A stretch of 61,865 nucleotides of DNA, filler included, from Callorhinchus milii (GCF_018977255.1; 3 parts of 3 records of this genome joined end to end with filler, not necessarily neighbours in it), one strand, 5' to 3'. Positions 41,401 to 54,524 are shown, counted from the whole stretch's first letter. Notes: generated from the letters alone by a model not told the origin. Made by a program: numbers and translations.

Positions 41401-43485
41401 ATGAAGAAAACTAAGGCAGTGAATGTATATGCATACCTTCACCTCAGAACTGCTGCAGGCTCTATTTGCCGAACGAACTCCATTGTAATGTATGTTTCTC
41501 AGATTCAATTATAGTTTCTATCAACTTGAATCGTTCTAAAATTTGATATACGATTTACGGTTTCTCAACAAGGTGGGCTTTTTGGAGAGGACCTGATTAT
41601 TTCTGAGTTTGCTATACGTCACATTGAGCCACATATTGGAATCTAATAGCAAAGGCTTCGTACTTCGAACAACGATAACAGCAGCAATACCATGGTTTTA
41701 AATGGCGCTCTCCAGGTAGGACGGTGTCTCAGAGCGCTTCACAGTAACAGAACCTGGGGATGGGTCAGGGTAAGGGGAGGAAGGTGATAAAAGGGGCAGT
41801 GGAAAAGAAAGATATTCAGCTGAGTCCTCGAATACGAAGTGATGGGGCGAGGCGAATGGGGTGAGGAAAGACGTTTCAGAGTATCGGGGCGTAGTGACTG
41901 GAGGTCAGTGGGGTGCAGAGGAAGGGAAGGAACCTGAAGTCGATCCTCTCCGGTTCAGGCAGCAAGTGCAATGTGGGCACGGACTGGGGTAACCGGGCAG
42001 TGGAGTTTGATGCGGGTGACAATGCGGGTGGCAGATTTGTGTGTAATACGGATTTTATGGATGGTAGTGGAGGGGAGGCCAGCGAAGAGGGCATTACATT
42101 AGTCCAGCCGAGAGGTGACAAAGTCATGGACGAGAGTATCAGTGGATTTTGCAATGAGATATTGGCGGAGACTGGCGATGCTTCGGAGGTGGAAGAAAGC
42201 GGTGCTGGTGAAGGACCGAATGCGTGGCAGGAAGGATAATTTTGGGGTTGAGCATGACGCCAAGGTTGTGTACGGTTTCGCAGAGTTTTAAGGGGAGATC
42301 ATGTAGGTTGAGGAGAGGAGAACCGCGATATTTAAACTTTGACGTGAGCCGAAATGTTTAATTACGTTTTGTAAAACAATTTCTCGCAAAGCGTATTTTT
42401 CAAATCTCTTTGCTGGTCTTGGTGTTTTCTCGTCTTCTACATCCCTATTGAAAATGGGGAAGATTGCTGTGAGTACCAAGTCATGTTAACAATGGTAGGC
42501 AGTATTATTTAACTCAACAGGCGTACAGTCATACTGTTCAATATTTAGTTGTGCTTTCAACAAAATAATAGTTATCTTTGCATTTGATATTGCGCCGTAT
42601 CATGTTTTCTAGATATTTCAACGCGCTTCACGGAATATGCTATCAAGCGAATTGATTATATTTTCATGAGCGAAACCCGACAGCAATTTTAAGCACAGAA
42701 GTGTCCAAAAAACATTCGTGAATTGAAGTGAGAATTTTTTTTTCATGAGGGATTATTATCAGGCGTGTGGGTTAAGGAAGCGTACCCATGGTTTCACCAT
42801 GCCGGGACAACGGATGTCTAATAATCGCGCAAAATTAGCAAATTGCTTGCGTCTTTTATTGTTTAAATATATCGTCTAATATTTAGAAATGTTGTCTAAA
42901 TTAATGAACTGAAAAAGCGAATCTTTTCTCTTTAAGTATTGCGCTTTGCTTTCCAGAGTACACGTTTGCTAATTGCTGTGGAATATTGGCGGTATTGACC
43001 GCTTGATAGATGTGACAAATCTTTCAGAAAATATCAGCATTCTGTACTTTTCATGGTGATAAGAAATCAGGATAGGTAAGTAAAGTCATGCCCCAATTTG
43101 CTAACCCCAAATGCTTTCGTGATTCGATGTCGCTTACCGAATTACTAAAGGTGAAGTTATTCCACATGCGTGAATGACACGTGCAAGTTTTATGTTATAT
43201 TAACTGAGCTCAAAGTTAATTGAAGCAATTGATTCTAAAACACTTCCCAACATTTACATTTCCAGTTAAACCATTTTATGCACATTAATAATCTCCCTGT
43301 TCAATAATCAATCAATATTTTGAGGAAGACATGTTGCTCTCAATGTAAACTACTGTATTTTTTGTGCGAAAACATGAGAGACAATTCAAAAGACAACTGA
43401 GTGGAATGTGTTACAGCTTTGCACTTTGAATCTAATACTTTGTATTCATATAAATTGTGTTTTCTATTGTTATTGCTTCTCGCAG

Positions 43486-44403
43486 TTAATTTTCTCGCGA
43501 TTGTGATCCTATCAAGGAGGAAGTGTGGTCTCTCCCAGAAAATCACACGCTACATGATAGCCATGGCAACGGCGAATCGACTGATTGTCATTGTAGAAGT
43601 GTTGTTGACTAAAATTAAAATTCTGTATTTCCAAATAAATTTCTCATTCTATACCCCATTGTATAGTTTTCCCGTTGTGTTGATATCTGCTGCTGTCCAC
43701 TGCTCTGTGTGGTTGATTGTTGCTTTCACTTTCGACAGCTTAGTGGCTATTTGCTGCCAAAACTTGAAACCCAAATATTGCACAGAGAGAGCGGCCACAG
43801 TGGTTATTGCAACTCTGTCATTTTTCAGCAGTTTAATGAGCATTCCCTAGTACTCTACATTTGATCCTTACGTTATACTTCACGATATCCAGTGGTACTC
43901 TGTCCTCAAATCAAACTATTATACATTGGCCGCCTGGAAAGCGTTTGGAAAGCTTCACTGCGCTATTGGTTCCGTTTGCTTTTGGTCTGATTTGTCTGTT
44001 CAATGCTCTGATTATCAGATACATTCTGTTGGTCAGTAAAGTTCACAGGAGGCTTCGGTTTCAGCGAAATGCTGGGAAAACAATTGATCCAGAGTTGGAA
44101 AATCGCAGAAAATCCATGGTTTTACACTTCGCCGTATCAGGCAGTTTTATACGGTTCCGCATAACAAGTGTTATATATTTTTTTAAATGGCAACTTTTCA
44201 ATTATACTCACTGCGAAACATTTGTCGACGACATCCGGTGTATCATCGGAGAAATCGGAATCATGCTTGAAAAGGTTAGTTTTACCGACTCCTGTATTTA
44301 TGCATTGACTCAGACAAATTTCAGAGAGGAGCTTAAGAACGGTTTAATTTATCCATTTAATATCATTGCTATATTAATGGGAAAACCTGACAAAGCAAGA
44401 TAA
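43486..44403 (+). pseudogene. GPR139/142-like GPCR pseudogene (main exon)
   Basis: A paralog of the 27656-28551 exon with the same acceptor position: NFLAIVILSRRKCGLSQKITRYMIAMA...VAFTFDSLVAICC...DPELENRRKSMVL...CIYALTQTNFREE. It has a TAG at 43848-43850 in place of Trp (IPW to IP*), a frameshift around 43950-43965 and DRF changed to DSL. I found no exon 1. Confidence 0.88.
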
Positions 44404-45389
44404 GAAAGGAATTGGGTTCACCCGTCAACATACTGGAACGCTCAACGAATATGAAAGTCTAACATCATTATGAATGATATGCACTGTGTCCTTTCAAATA
44501 GAGTAAGTATCTGCAACGTTTAAGCTCCTGCTCTGTGAACCATTAACATTGAAAGTCTGTTAACTTGTGGTGTTGGAATGTTTGATTGTGGATGAAATGG
44601 GATTTCGGATCACAACCATGTCACGAAACATTCTGAAATATATTCATTGCCGTCCTCCAAATAACTGTTTTATATATATTGGCAAGACATTTATTTGTAG
44701 AACGTGTATTAAATAAAATATATGGAGGTCCGAAAATAATAGTAATTCATGCATTTGATACAGCATCTTATTGAGTCTCCAAGACGCCTCAAAGCGGTTC
44801 AGAGGATATACCGTAAAGTGGATTCACTGTGCAAGTTGTGGACGAAATGTAGCAGACAATTGCTCAAAATCAGTATCCGACAATGTCATGGATTGAGTGA
44901 CCAAATTGTTACTATTATTTTTTGTCCGGGAGGATTATTACTGCCGGAACAGGGTTCCACTTTCGAGTAAACCAGTGAACAGGTAAACAGGCGAGTGGAG
45001 TAAGCAATGATTTACTTTCCGTGCTTCTGATATTTGGTTTTCAAGAATAAGGGGCGCTGTGGTGCGGAGGAAGGACCAATACAATGGCATTGAACAATAC
45101 GGTTTAAAATCTAATTTGGGTTCAACCATTTTTCAGAATTTCAAAGAACAAGACTTCACACCGCAGGTAATGATGAGCAGTGTAATTTTATATTGATATT
45201 TATCTATAATTTATTGAAGAACAACGGGATTACATGAATATGGGCCTTTCGCGTCGGGAGGACGTCCTACTGCGCTAGACAGTGTGCAACATTTCAGATT
45301 CCAGCTGGGGTCAGGGGGGGAGAAGTAAAGGCAGGGGAAGTGGGGTGGTCGATGGCAAGTTCGAAGAGGAGGGTCTTGAGGCGGAGTGA

Positions 45390-48300
45390 TTGAACCCGAA
45401 CACCCTGACAGTTGTCCCAGCAATCCGCCTCCTCTCTTCTCAGTGTCCGCATCTTTCCTGCCGCCCCAGACCCGAGCTGTTCCGGCCTCAAAATGCCTTC
45501 CATCCTGCACTCTCCCTTTCTGTCCTGTTCTCTCTGACCCTTCCCGCCTCTCTGCATCACCCAGAAGAAGCAACCACACGGACTGCCCCATTCCCCAATA
45601 ACTCCCCAAGCCACCCTAATCCCCGGGGTTAACCTCTCCTCACTCATCCACATCTCCACTCACCTTGCCAACCAAACCACGTCCCTTTCCATCCCTTACA
45701 TAGGGCTGCCAACTGCCCACTACTCATTCGGCTTCAAAATGACCGCTCCATCTCCAACAAGGCTCTGGCCGACAATGAACACATACACAATGAGAACATC
45801 GACATTATGGCACTCACAGAAACCTGCATCACGCCTGGTTGTACCTTCCCCCTCTCTGAGGCCAAAGCCGGCTACAACTACCACCATGCCCCCCGCCCCA
45901 ACTGTCGGGGCCTTGGTGTGGCCCTCATATCCTTAGCATCACTTCCCCTATCACCCAAATCCACAGGCTCGTTCCCCACTTTCTAACATGTTACGCTCTG
46001 CCAACCCTCCCACCTCTCTCCGAAAATTATCTTAATTTACCGCCCGCCAAAATGCTCTACGGCCTTCAACTCTGACATCTCCACCCCCTTTACTTCCTTC
46101 TGCCTCTACTTAGACGGCCTCACCATCCTAGGCGATATCAAACTCAACTTTACCCATTCCTGCTCCAAAATCTCACACTTCTCCTGGCTCATCTCCTCTC
46201 TTAAGCTCTCCCTCCACTTCCATTCTGCTAGCCACAACCATGGTCACACATTCGAACTGGTGATCACCCTGGGCCTCAGCGTCTCGGATGTCAACATCAC
46301 TGATACTGCTATACGTGACCAATATTTCATCTCCCTCATCTGCTGTATCCCTCTCCCCACAGCCTCCAAACCTATCGACGTCTTCTAACGCCCGTGGAAG
46401 AAGATCTCCCCGCAATCCTTCTCCGCTACCCTTGAGCCCTCTGTGCTCCTCCCACTATGGCCCACCTCTCGCAACAAACGATTCCTTGTGCTCACTCTAC
46501 TCACAACACATTCGACATCTTTGACCCTATCATCTGCCGAACTGCCTCCTACTCTCGATCCTCACCCTGCTTTAACAGCCACCTCCTCTTGTTTAACGGT
46601 CAAATGTGGCCTGTCGAATGCACCTAGCTCAAATCCGGCCTAAGTGTCCTCCGCCACATCTGTTTGGACCTCGTCGAGGACTACCGTTCCGCTCTCGCCT
46701 CAGCGAAATCATCCTTCTATTGCAGGTTAATCCTACAGGCGAAGGGCAATCCAAGACTCCTTATCTAAACGACTAAACGGCTCCTTCACCTAAACCGATA
46801 CGCCTCACAGGTACTGTGACTGTCACTGCGAGAAAATGCTGGACTTCCTCGAATCCAAAATCAAGGAAATCCTCTCAGCTGCCACTGCCCTCCCAATTTC
46901 CAAACCCTCCCTACCCTCACCATACAAAATTACACTTTAGATAATTACACATCCCTCTTTCCACACCTTTGAATCTGTCACCCCTTCCTCTTACTTCAAC
47001 ACGGTAACCTCCATGAAGTCCACCACCTGCTCGCACGATACCATCCATTCTCCACCTCTTGCCACACTACTTGCCGACATCATTATCCTCTCCATGTTAG
47101 ATGGCACTGTTCCTTCCCCACTCAAAACAGTCACTATCACACAAAATTTCATGAAACCTTCCTTTGACGCAGCACAGCTATTGAGCTACTCGCCAATCTC
47201 AAATCTACCTTTCCATCCAAGGTCCTTCAGAGAGCCATTGCCTCCCAGCTTGCTCATCCTCTCTATTCCCACCATGAGCCCCTCCAATCAGGTTTCCATG
47301 CAGCTTACAGCACGGAAACTGCGCTGGTCAAGGTCGCAAAAGATATCCTGACCATGTGTGACCAGGATTCCTTCTGTCTCCACATCAATCTCGACCTCAC
47401 CGCCGCTTTTGACACCGTGGACCACTCAATCCTCCTCCACCGCCTCTCCTCCTACCCCAACCTTCAAGGTTCTGTTCTTGACTGGTTCAGATCCTACCGT
47501 TAACACCGCCTCCATTTGGTCGTGGCAAACGGCTTCTCTTCCAGTCCTTGCATTTTCTCGTGCGGTGCTCCTCAGGGCTTTGCTCTCGGTCCCCTCCTCT
47601 TCACGCTTTTCATGCTCCCCCTTGGTGATATCATCTGTACAAATGGGGTAATTTACCACATGTATGCAGATGACACTCATTGTAACTCTTTGTCTCCACG
47701 CTGGTCTCCAGGACAACCGATATCCTGGCCGACTGCTTGTCCATCATCAGGTCCTCTAAGAACGCCAAATTTCACCTTCTCAACGTTAGCAAGGCCGAGG
47801 TCCTCCTGATTGGCTCACGCCTGCGTCTCCGCATCTCAGGCGCTTTCAGAATCAGCCTCCTCGGCTGCTCACTCAACCTCACTTCACCAGTCAGGAACCT
47901 GGATAAGTTATTTGACCCTGAATTGTCCTTTTTGTCCCACATCCGGCATTTACCCCCACTGCCTACCACAACCTCCGCAATATTGCCAGACTATGCCATT
48001 ACCTCAACCCTCAGACTGCCGAAACCATCCTCCACATATTCGACACACCAAGGATCGATTTCGGAAACTCCCTCCTCATCGGCCTTCCCAACCATTCCCT
48101 TCACAAGCTGCAGATCATCCAAAACTTAGCAGCTCCCAAGCTCTCACTCACCAGGCTCTGTGACCCCATCACTCCCACTCTCTCTGGACTCCACTGGCTG
48201 CCCATCCTCCAATGGAACGTGTTCAAGATCCGCGTTCTCACCTTTAATGCAATCCATGGCCGCGAGTGGTGGGGGAGGTATGGTATACAGGTGGGGCTGA

Positions 48301-48665
48301 GGGTGAAGGGTGGGGCGAGGGGTCACAGAGCGGTGGGCGTGAGGGGTTAGTTGTGGGGAAGCGGTGGTGTAGGAGTAGGGGAGTCGTGGTGTAGGTCTTA
48401 GAGGAGGCAGAGAGGTGGGAGGGAGACCAAAGGCACGTTTCAACAGAAGGGTTTTCAGACCGGCTTTGAAGGAGGCAAGGGAGGAAGCGAGGAGAAGGGA
48501 CCGTGCGATGGAGTTACAAAGTGTGGGGCCGGAGTGGCTGAAAGCACAGTCATCGATGGGTGAGCGGAGTCGGGCGGGAGACTTGAAGCAGGCACGGATT
48601 GGAGGGAATGCAGGGAGTGGGCAGGTTGGTAGCGAGTCATCAAGTCAGAGAGGTAGGAGGGGCAA
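45390..48665 (+). mobile_element. Long degraded L2 LINE (endonuclease and RT) with its last ~400 bp inverted
   Basis: Endonuclease-like motifs ALTET, IYRPPK, ILGD and HNHGHTFELVIT lie at about 45790-46300. RT-region motifs follow: MKSTTCSHD, GAPQGFALGPLLF, MYADDT and LHWLP. From 48262 to 48665 the element's continuation lies on the minus strand. Confidence 0.82.
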
Positions 48666-48765
48666 NNNNNNNNNNNNNNNNNNNNNNNNNNNNNNNNNNN
48701 NNNNNNNNNTTAATTAATTAANNNNNNNNNNNNNNNNNNNNNNNNNNNNNNNNNNNNNNNNNNNN
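48666..48765. other. Artificial scaffold-joining linker
   Basis: 44 N + TTAATTAATTAA (48710-48721) + 44 N. Confidence 0.95.
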
Positions 48766-49824
48766 CCCACGGTTGTCATGTTTGGCAACGGGAATGTCAG
48801 AATGGAGCCAGCCCTCTGTGACGGTCTCTAGTCCCGGTTCCCGAGCCGGGAGAGGCCGCAGGATTCCAGGGCCAACCAGTCATGGCGGGGGCAGGGAATC
48901 CCCCCCCCCCCCCGCCGCCCCCCCCAACTCAGCTCCTGTTAAACCTGCAAGCGAGGCATGTGGTGTGTGTCTGTGAGTGTGTGTCTGTGTACATATATAT
49001 AAATATAAACTTGAACGTGTTTGATTCCACCGTCTGTGTTCCTGCAGAGTCTTATCACGATTACCCTCGCGTTCGATCACGCCTTCGAGACGTCTCGAAG
49101 TGTAGTGACTGTGTGTTTTGCGGGCGAAACGCGGCAGCCGGTTCGCAGCCCAGCGACGTCCCCACAAACAGCCGTGGGTTGAGTGACCACATTTTTTTTT
49201 CTACGCGAAGGGCTTATTGCCTCCGGAAAGCCATCCGACAGTCGACTAACAAGCGGGTTCCTACTGACTGCTGGTAAACACAGGCGTGTGCGTGCGTGTG
49301 TGTATGTGTGTGGGGAGTAAGGAAACTAAGGTTTCGCCCTGTCCCGCCCGGGTGCTCTCACTCGCTCGCACGACTAAGCTCCAGGGCTCCACAGAATCTT
49401 TTAACATGCGACGACGTCCGTATAAAAATGAAATAGGTTTTACTGTTAAAAGGAAGACTTGCGTCGGGTGAATTAGAAGCTGATTCGGCAGACCGTGTCC
49501 GCGCCGTCGTTTGCGGACTCGAACACACACGTGGCAGGAGGCAGCGGAGGGCCTTCCTCACGCCAGCTGCTTCTCGGTTCGAGGGCCGGCCCGACGAGAC
49601 CGAGATCCGTCCTGTGGGACAGCAACAAAACAAAAAGACTTTAACCAGATCATAATCATCCCCGGGGTTTGACCCAGCGCCTTATCGCATCTTCGAGACG
49701 CCTCAAACCTCCTCACGGGATGCACCGTCGAGCGTAGCGACTGTGTGTGGCGTGGGCCAGACGCGGCGGCTGATTGCGCCCGGCCACGTCCCCGCAAACA
49801 GCCGTGGAGCGCGCTTGCTCACTC

Positions 49825-50223
49825 TCACCGTTGAGCGTCTCGACTTCCAGCGGCTTGGATCCCAATCTGTTCCTCTGCGATCTCTTCCTTCCGCCTCTGC
49901 TCCTCGCCGGGATCTTCCTTCCTCGGCTCCTGGTCGCCGGCGTCCCACTCGAGGTCGATCACCTGAGAGCCTGGGTCTCCGGGCTCCGACTGAGCCAACC
50001 TGGTCACCAACTCTACGTCCAGGTTCAAGCCTTTGAGGAGATTGGTGAAGATTCGAGTGGCGTTGACCTGGGCGTCTCTCTGGTCCAGACGCACAAGAGA
50101 GACATTCAGACGAGAGGCCGACCACACCACAACATAACCAACGCATTACGTTGACACAGTGGGGCTTTCGGGAGGCAAAGAAGTGGGGGGGTGGGGGTGT
50201 AGGGGGTTAGGAGGTCACACAGA

Positions 50224-50254
<31 letters not shown>

Positions 50255-53200
50255 GGGTGGGGGGGGGAGGAGTAAGGAAACTTGCCTGAGGTTTTGCCTG
50301 ACCTGACCCGCCCGGGAATCGAACCCGGGTCCTCCGGCTTGCGAGGCGAGGGGGTCTAACCCCTGAGCTTGAGACGGGGCTGGATTGAGGGGCTCCCACC
50401 CCCCCCACCCTCCCCCCTTCCCCCCACCCGTCTGCGTTCGCACCTGGGCTACTTTCTCGAAGAGGAATGGATATTTGGAGACGCGTGCTTTCATCTCCTT
50501 CAGCTCCGCTCGATACTGCGCCGCCTGCTCGCGGTCCCGCTTCCTGGGAACATACAAGAAACACGCTCTCTGCACACACGTGTTCCTGCCCCGCGTCCAG
50601 AGCCCCAACCCTCTTCGGGGTCTCCTCGGAGCCGAACCGGCCCTCGGTGAGGGTCTCCAGGAGGGGCCGCAGTGTTCCAGGGCGCACACTCCCTGCTGAC
50701 GGCCTGGCTCGTGGGCAGGACCTGGAAGGGAATCCTCCCCCCCCTCTCCCCCCCACTCCCCCTTCCCAGCTCCTGTTAATCCCCGCAGCCGAAGCCCTCA
50801 CGTCTTCGAGACGCCTCAAAGCGCTTCACGGGACACGCTGTCGTAGTGTAGTGACTGTGTGTTTTGCGGGCAAACACCCGTGGGACCGCATTCACCTGAC
50901 GTCTCTTGTTACCGACCTGAAGATCTGCAGCTGGGTTTTAGCTCTGTTCTTCTTGTTTTTCTGCGTCTCGGAGAACGCAATTCGAGCCGCGATCTCCCTC
51001 TGCAACTTTCGCCTCTTCACCTGCTCCTTCTTCGCTCTCTCTCTCTCCTCCTGTTTCTTTCTCTCCGTCTCCTCCAGGTTTTTCCTGTGGAGGAGTTCAA
51101 ATAATAATAATAATAATAATAATAATAGTAATAATAATCCTTGCATTTGACCCAGCGTCTAATCACCTCGCCGAGACGTCTCAAAAGCGCTCCCCCCGGG
51201 TTGTACTGTAAAGCGTAGTGACTGCGTGTTTCGCGGGCGAAACGCAGCAGACAATCGCGCACAGCGGCGGCCCCAGAAACAGTCGTGGGTTGAGTGACCA
51301 AATTATTATTTTTGACCGGACGCAGTCTCCTGACTTACCGCAAAAACTCTTGCCTCAGCTCCACCAGTTTGGTGATCTTCCCGATGCCAACGCTGGGAGC
51401 AGGTCTCAATCGGGACCTGGGGCTTGTCTTTGTGGCCTCCCCGGTAGGGTACGAGCTCGGGGGCTCCTGGGAGCTGGCTTCGGGCCCCTCTTTTCCCCGC
51501 AGCTGCTTCAGAAACCGCCTGGGTTGCGTCTCGAAGTCCGATTCCTTCTTCGCTCTCCCCTGCGTCGGTCTCTCCTTCTCGCCCGTCTTGCCCGCGCCGA
51601 CTCGCGCCGTTAAATGCTTGCGTCGCTCCTCGAGCCTCAAACCTGGGTCGCCATCTGCCTTGGGCAAGGCCTGGGGGTCCGTGTGCTTCGCTCTGAACTC
51701 CTCCAAACACCAACCCTCCTTCCTCTGCCCCGGGGGGACGGACCCCACCGTCTCCTTGTCTGGCGATCGCTTCCTGGAGGCAGGGAGGGAGGCAAAGCGG
51801 GGGACAGGAGACCGACCTGGACTTGTTTCAAGGCCTTGGCTCAAGCCTTTCCCCGTCTGTTTCCTCTTTGCTTCCTGCTCGCCGTCTCCTTTGACCGTCC
51901 CATCCTCAGGCCTCGTCCCCTCTACCCCTTCCTTATCAAAGCCCTCGACGGAGGAGAAATCCTTCCCTTGACCGTCCATCGCTCTGTCTTTGGAGCCCGG
52001 GTCTGCCCGAGGGGCATAGCGATCCACAGAGAAACCTTTCCACATCCAGTGCAGAGGAGATTGACTCGCGCCATCCAAACTCTTTCCATCTACGGCAGCC
52101 TCCACCGCTTTTCCTAACGTCGTCTCCTCTCCCTCGATCTCCAGGCATTCAATCTTCAAGTCAGGGTAGACCTCACAAGCTTCTTTCTCTGCTCTTTCCA
52201 AAAAAAAAGAGAGATAATTCCTGGGATTATTCTCCTTAGAGCGAGAGAAGGTCGGGGTGGTGGGGGGGGGAGATTTAATGGAGCCGTTCGTTGAAAATTA
52301 TTAGGGCTTTTGATACAGTAATAATAATCTTTGCATTTGATACAGCGCCTGATCGCGTCTTCGAGACGTCTCAAAGCGCTTCACGGGACGCGGTGCAAAG
52401 CGGAGTGACTGTGTGGTTTGCGGACGTCCCACAAACGAGAGTAAAGCGCTCTCTACACTGTTCGTCCGTCCGTCCACACTTCCCCGGGGTCAGGGTTAGA
52501 GACACAGTAAAGCTCCCTCTACGCCTCGGCCCTCCTCCCCCCCCCCCCACACCCCCAGCTTGGTGTCGTGCTCAGCCACTGTCAAGCGCTACCCTGCTCG
52601 AGGGGCGCTGTTGTTGTTGTTGTTGTTGTTACGTACTTCAGGCGGGAGCTCTCCACGTCTGCCGTAGCCTCTGCAGGAAGAGTGTCTCTGATTGGGGATT
52701 CGGACATAGGCTCCACATGGCTACACTTCTTCTCCTCGTCTTCCTCACCTGGAGACTAACAACAACAACAACAACAACGCACGACATTTACACGGAGCCT
52801 TTCCCTTCGGGAGGACATCCCAAGGCGCTGGACAGTCGGGGATTTGCACCCGAGTTTGTGGGGGGGGGGGATTTCAAAAATCCTAATCATTTGGTCCCTT
52901 CAACCCACCCCTATTTGTAGGGGGGGACGTCGCTGGGCGCAATTGGCTGCCGCGCTTCGGCCCACGCGAGGCACACAGTCGCTACGCTTCCCGGCGCATC
53001 CTGCGAAGCGCTTTGAGACGTCTCGGCGACGTGGCAAGGCGCCGCGCGCGATAACAACAGTCCTCCCATCTGACCCGGCGCCTCGTCACGTCTTCGAGAC
53101 GTCTCAAAGCGCTTCACAGGATACACTGTAAAGTGTAGTCGCGGATTGAGCGACCATTTTATTATGGTTTTTTTGGGGGGGTGGGGGGGGGAGGAGGGAT

Positions 53201-54109
53201 TATTACCCCTGGAAAGTGATCCGCCAATCCACTAATTTAAGCGGGTTCCTACTTACTGCTGGTGAACAGAGGAGTGTGTGTGTGTATGTGTCTATGTCTG
53301 TGGGGGTGTGGGGGGTAAGGAAAATTGCCCAAGGTTTCGGCCTAACCTGACCCACCCGGGAATCGAACCCGGGTCCCTCTGGCTCGCGAGGTGAGGGGTC
53401 TAACCCCTGAGCTACAGGAACTGTGGGGTGCGAGGCGAGGGGTCTAACCCCTGAGCTACAGGGGCTGTGGGGTGCGAGGGGAGGGGTCTAACCCCCTGAG
53501 CTACAGGGGCTGTGGGGTGGGGGGCGAGGGGTCTAACCCCTGAGCTACAGGGGCTGTGGGGTGGGGGGCGAGGGGTCTAACCCCCTGAGCTACAGGGGCT
53601 GTGGCTCCCTGAGCTACAGGGGCTGTGGGGTGCGAGGGGAGGGGTCTAACCCCCTGAGCTACAGGGGCTGTGGGGTGCGAGGGGAGGGGTCTAACCCCCT
53701 GAGCTACAGGGGCTGTGGGGGTGCGAGGGGGAGGGGTCTAACCCCCTGAGCTACAGGGGCTGTGGGGTGGGGGGCGAGGAGGGGTCTAACCCCCTGAGCT
53801 ACAGGGGCTGGTGGGTGGGGGGCGAGGGGAGGGGTCTAACCCCCTGAGCTACAGGGGCTGTGGGGTGGGGTGCGAGGGGAGGGGTCTAACCCCCTGAGCT
53901 ACAGGGTCATCCAAGGACCGCTCTTAAGGGTTATCAGAATAATGGGGGCATCGGCCGACCTCGATCCCCGCCGCAAAGAGAGACTGGAGGTAGGACATCA
54001 TGTCCTGGTGCGGGGCGGCCTGTGGGCGAGTTGGAAGGCGGCCCGCGGGCCGCGTGTAGGCCATCACGCATTGGTTCCTGAACACAGACCGTCTGTGGGG
54101 CGACCACAT
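49825..54109 (-). CDS. TSGA10IP: FAM161-family coiled-coil protein, probable TSGA10IP (FAM161C) ortholog, 6 exons, about 548 aa
   Basis: Phase-consistent GT-AG exons 54109-53960, 52755-52637, 52193-51339, 51084-50917, 50543-50444, 50079-49825 total 1647 nt. The C-terminal KRDREQAAQYRAELKEMKARVSKYPFLFEKVAQRDAQVNATRIFTNLLKGLNL matches the FAM161 signature (RPLLFERVAQ in FAM161A). SPLHWMWKGFSVD resembles a family motif. TSGA10IP sits next to SART1 in human. Exon 1 and the start codon are the least certain parts. Confidence 0.65.
53385..53905. repeat. ~44-bp GC-rich minisatellite, about 12 units, derived from a SINE head
   Basis: The unit GCGAGGGGAGGGGTCTAACCCCCTGAGCTACAGGGGCTGTGGGGT is continuous with the 5' end of the minus-strand SINE at about 53060-53420. 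Confidence 0.9.
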
Positions 54110-54169
54110 GGTCAGCGGAGTGGGAAGAGAGGTGGTGGTGGTGATGGGGGGGGGCGGGGCGCCGTCTGG

Positions 54170-54204
54170 TGCGCATGCGCGGCGTCCTCCCGTCGCCAGG
54201 CAAC
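54170..54204. promoter_or_regulatory. NRF1 site and RFX X-box upstream of the FAM161-family gene
   Basis: TGCGCATGCGC at 54170-54180 and GTCGCC-A-GGCAAC at 54192-54204 (fits GTYRCC-N-RGYAAC), in a CpG-rich patch 60-95 nt upstream of the proposed ATG. Confidence 0.65.
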
Positions 54205-54524
54205 CGCCGGGATCCCCCGTTCCCATTGTGTCCATTTCAGGCTCCGCCCCTTTAAAGGTGCACTGCTCTTAAAGGCGCCCCGGTTTCCCATTCCTGTCGG
54301 CCTAATTGACCCCCCAAAATGTTTCGATTACTCTTATTTTTAGCTAAACACACACACACATACACACACATATATATATGTGTTTATATCCTTTTGCAAG
54401 GGGATGGGGGCACATTTTTGAAGATGCCGATAAGAATAATCCTTGCATTTGAACCAGCGCCCTATCAGGTCTTCGAGACGTCTCAAAAGCGCTTCGAGGG
54501 ATACACTGTGAAGTGTAGTAACTG

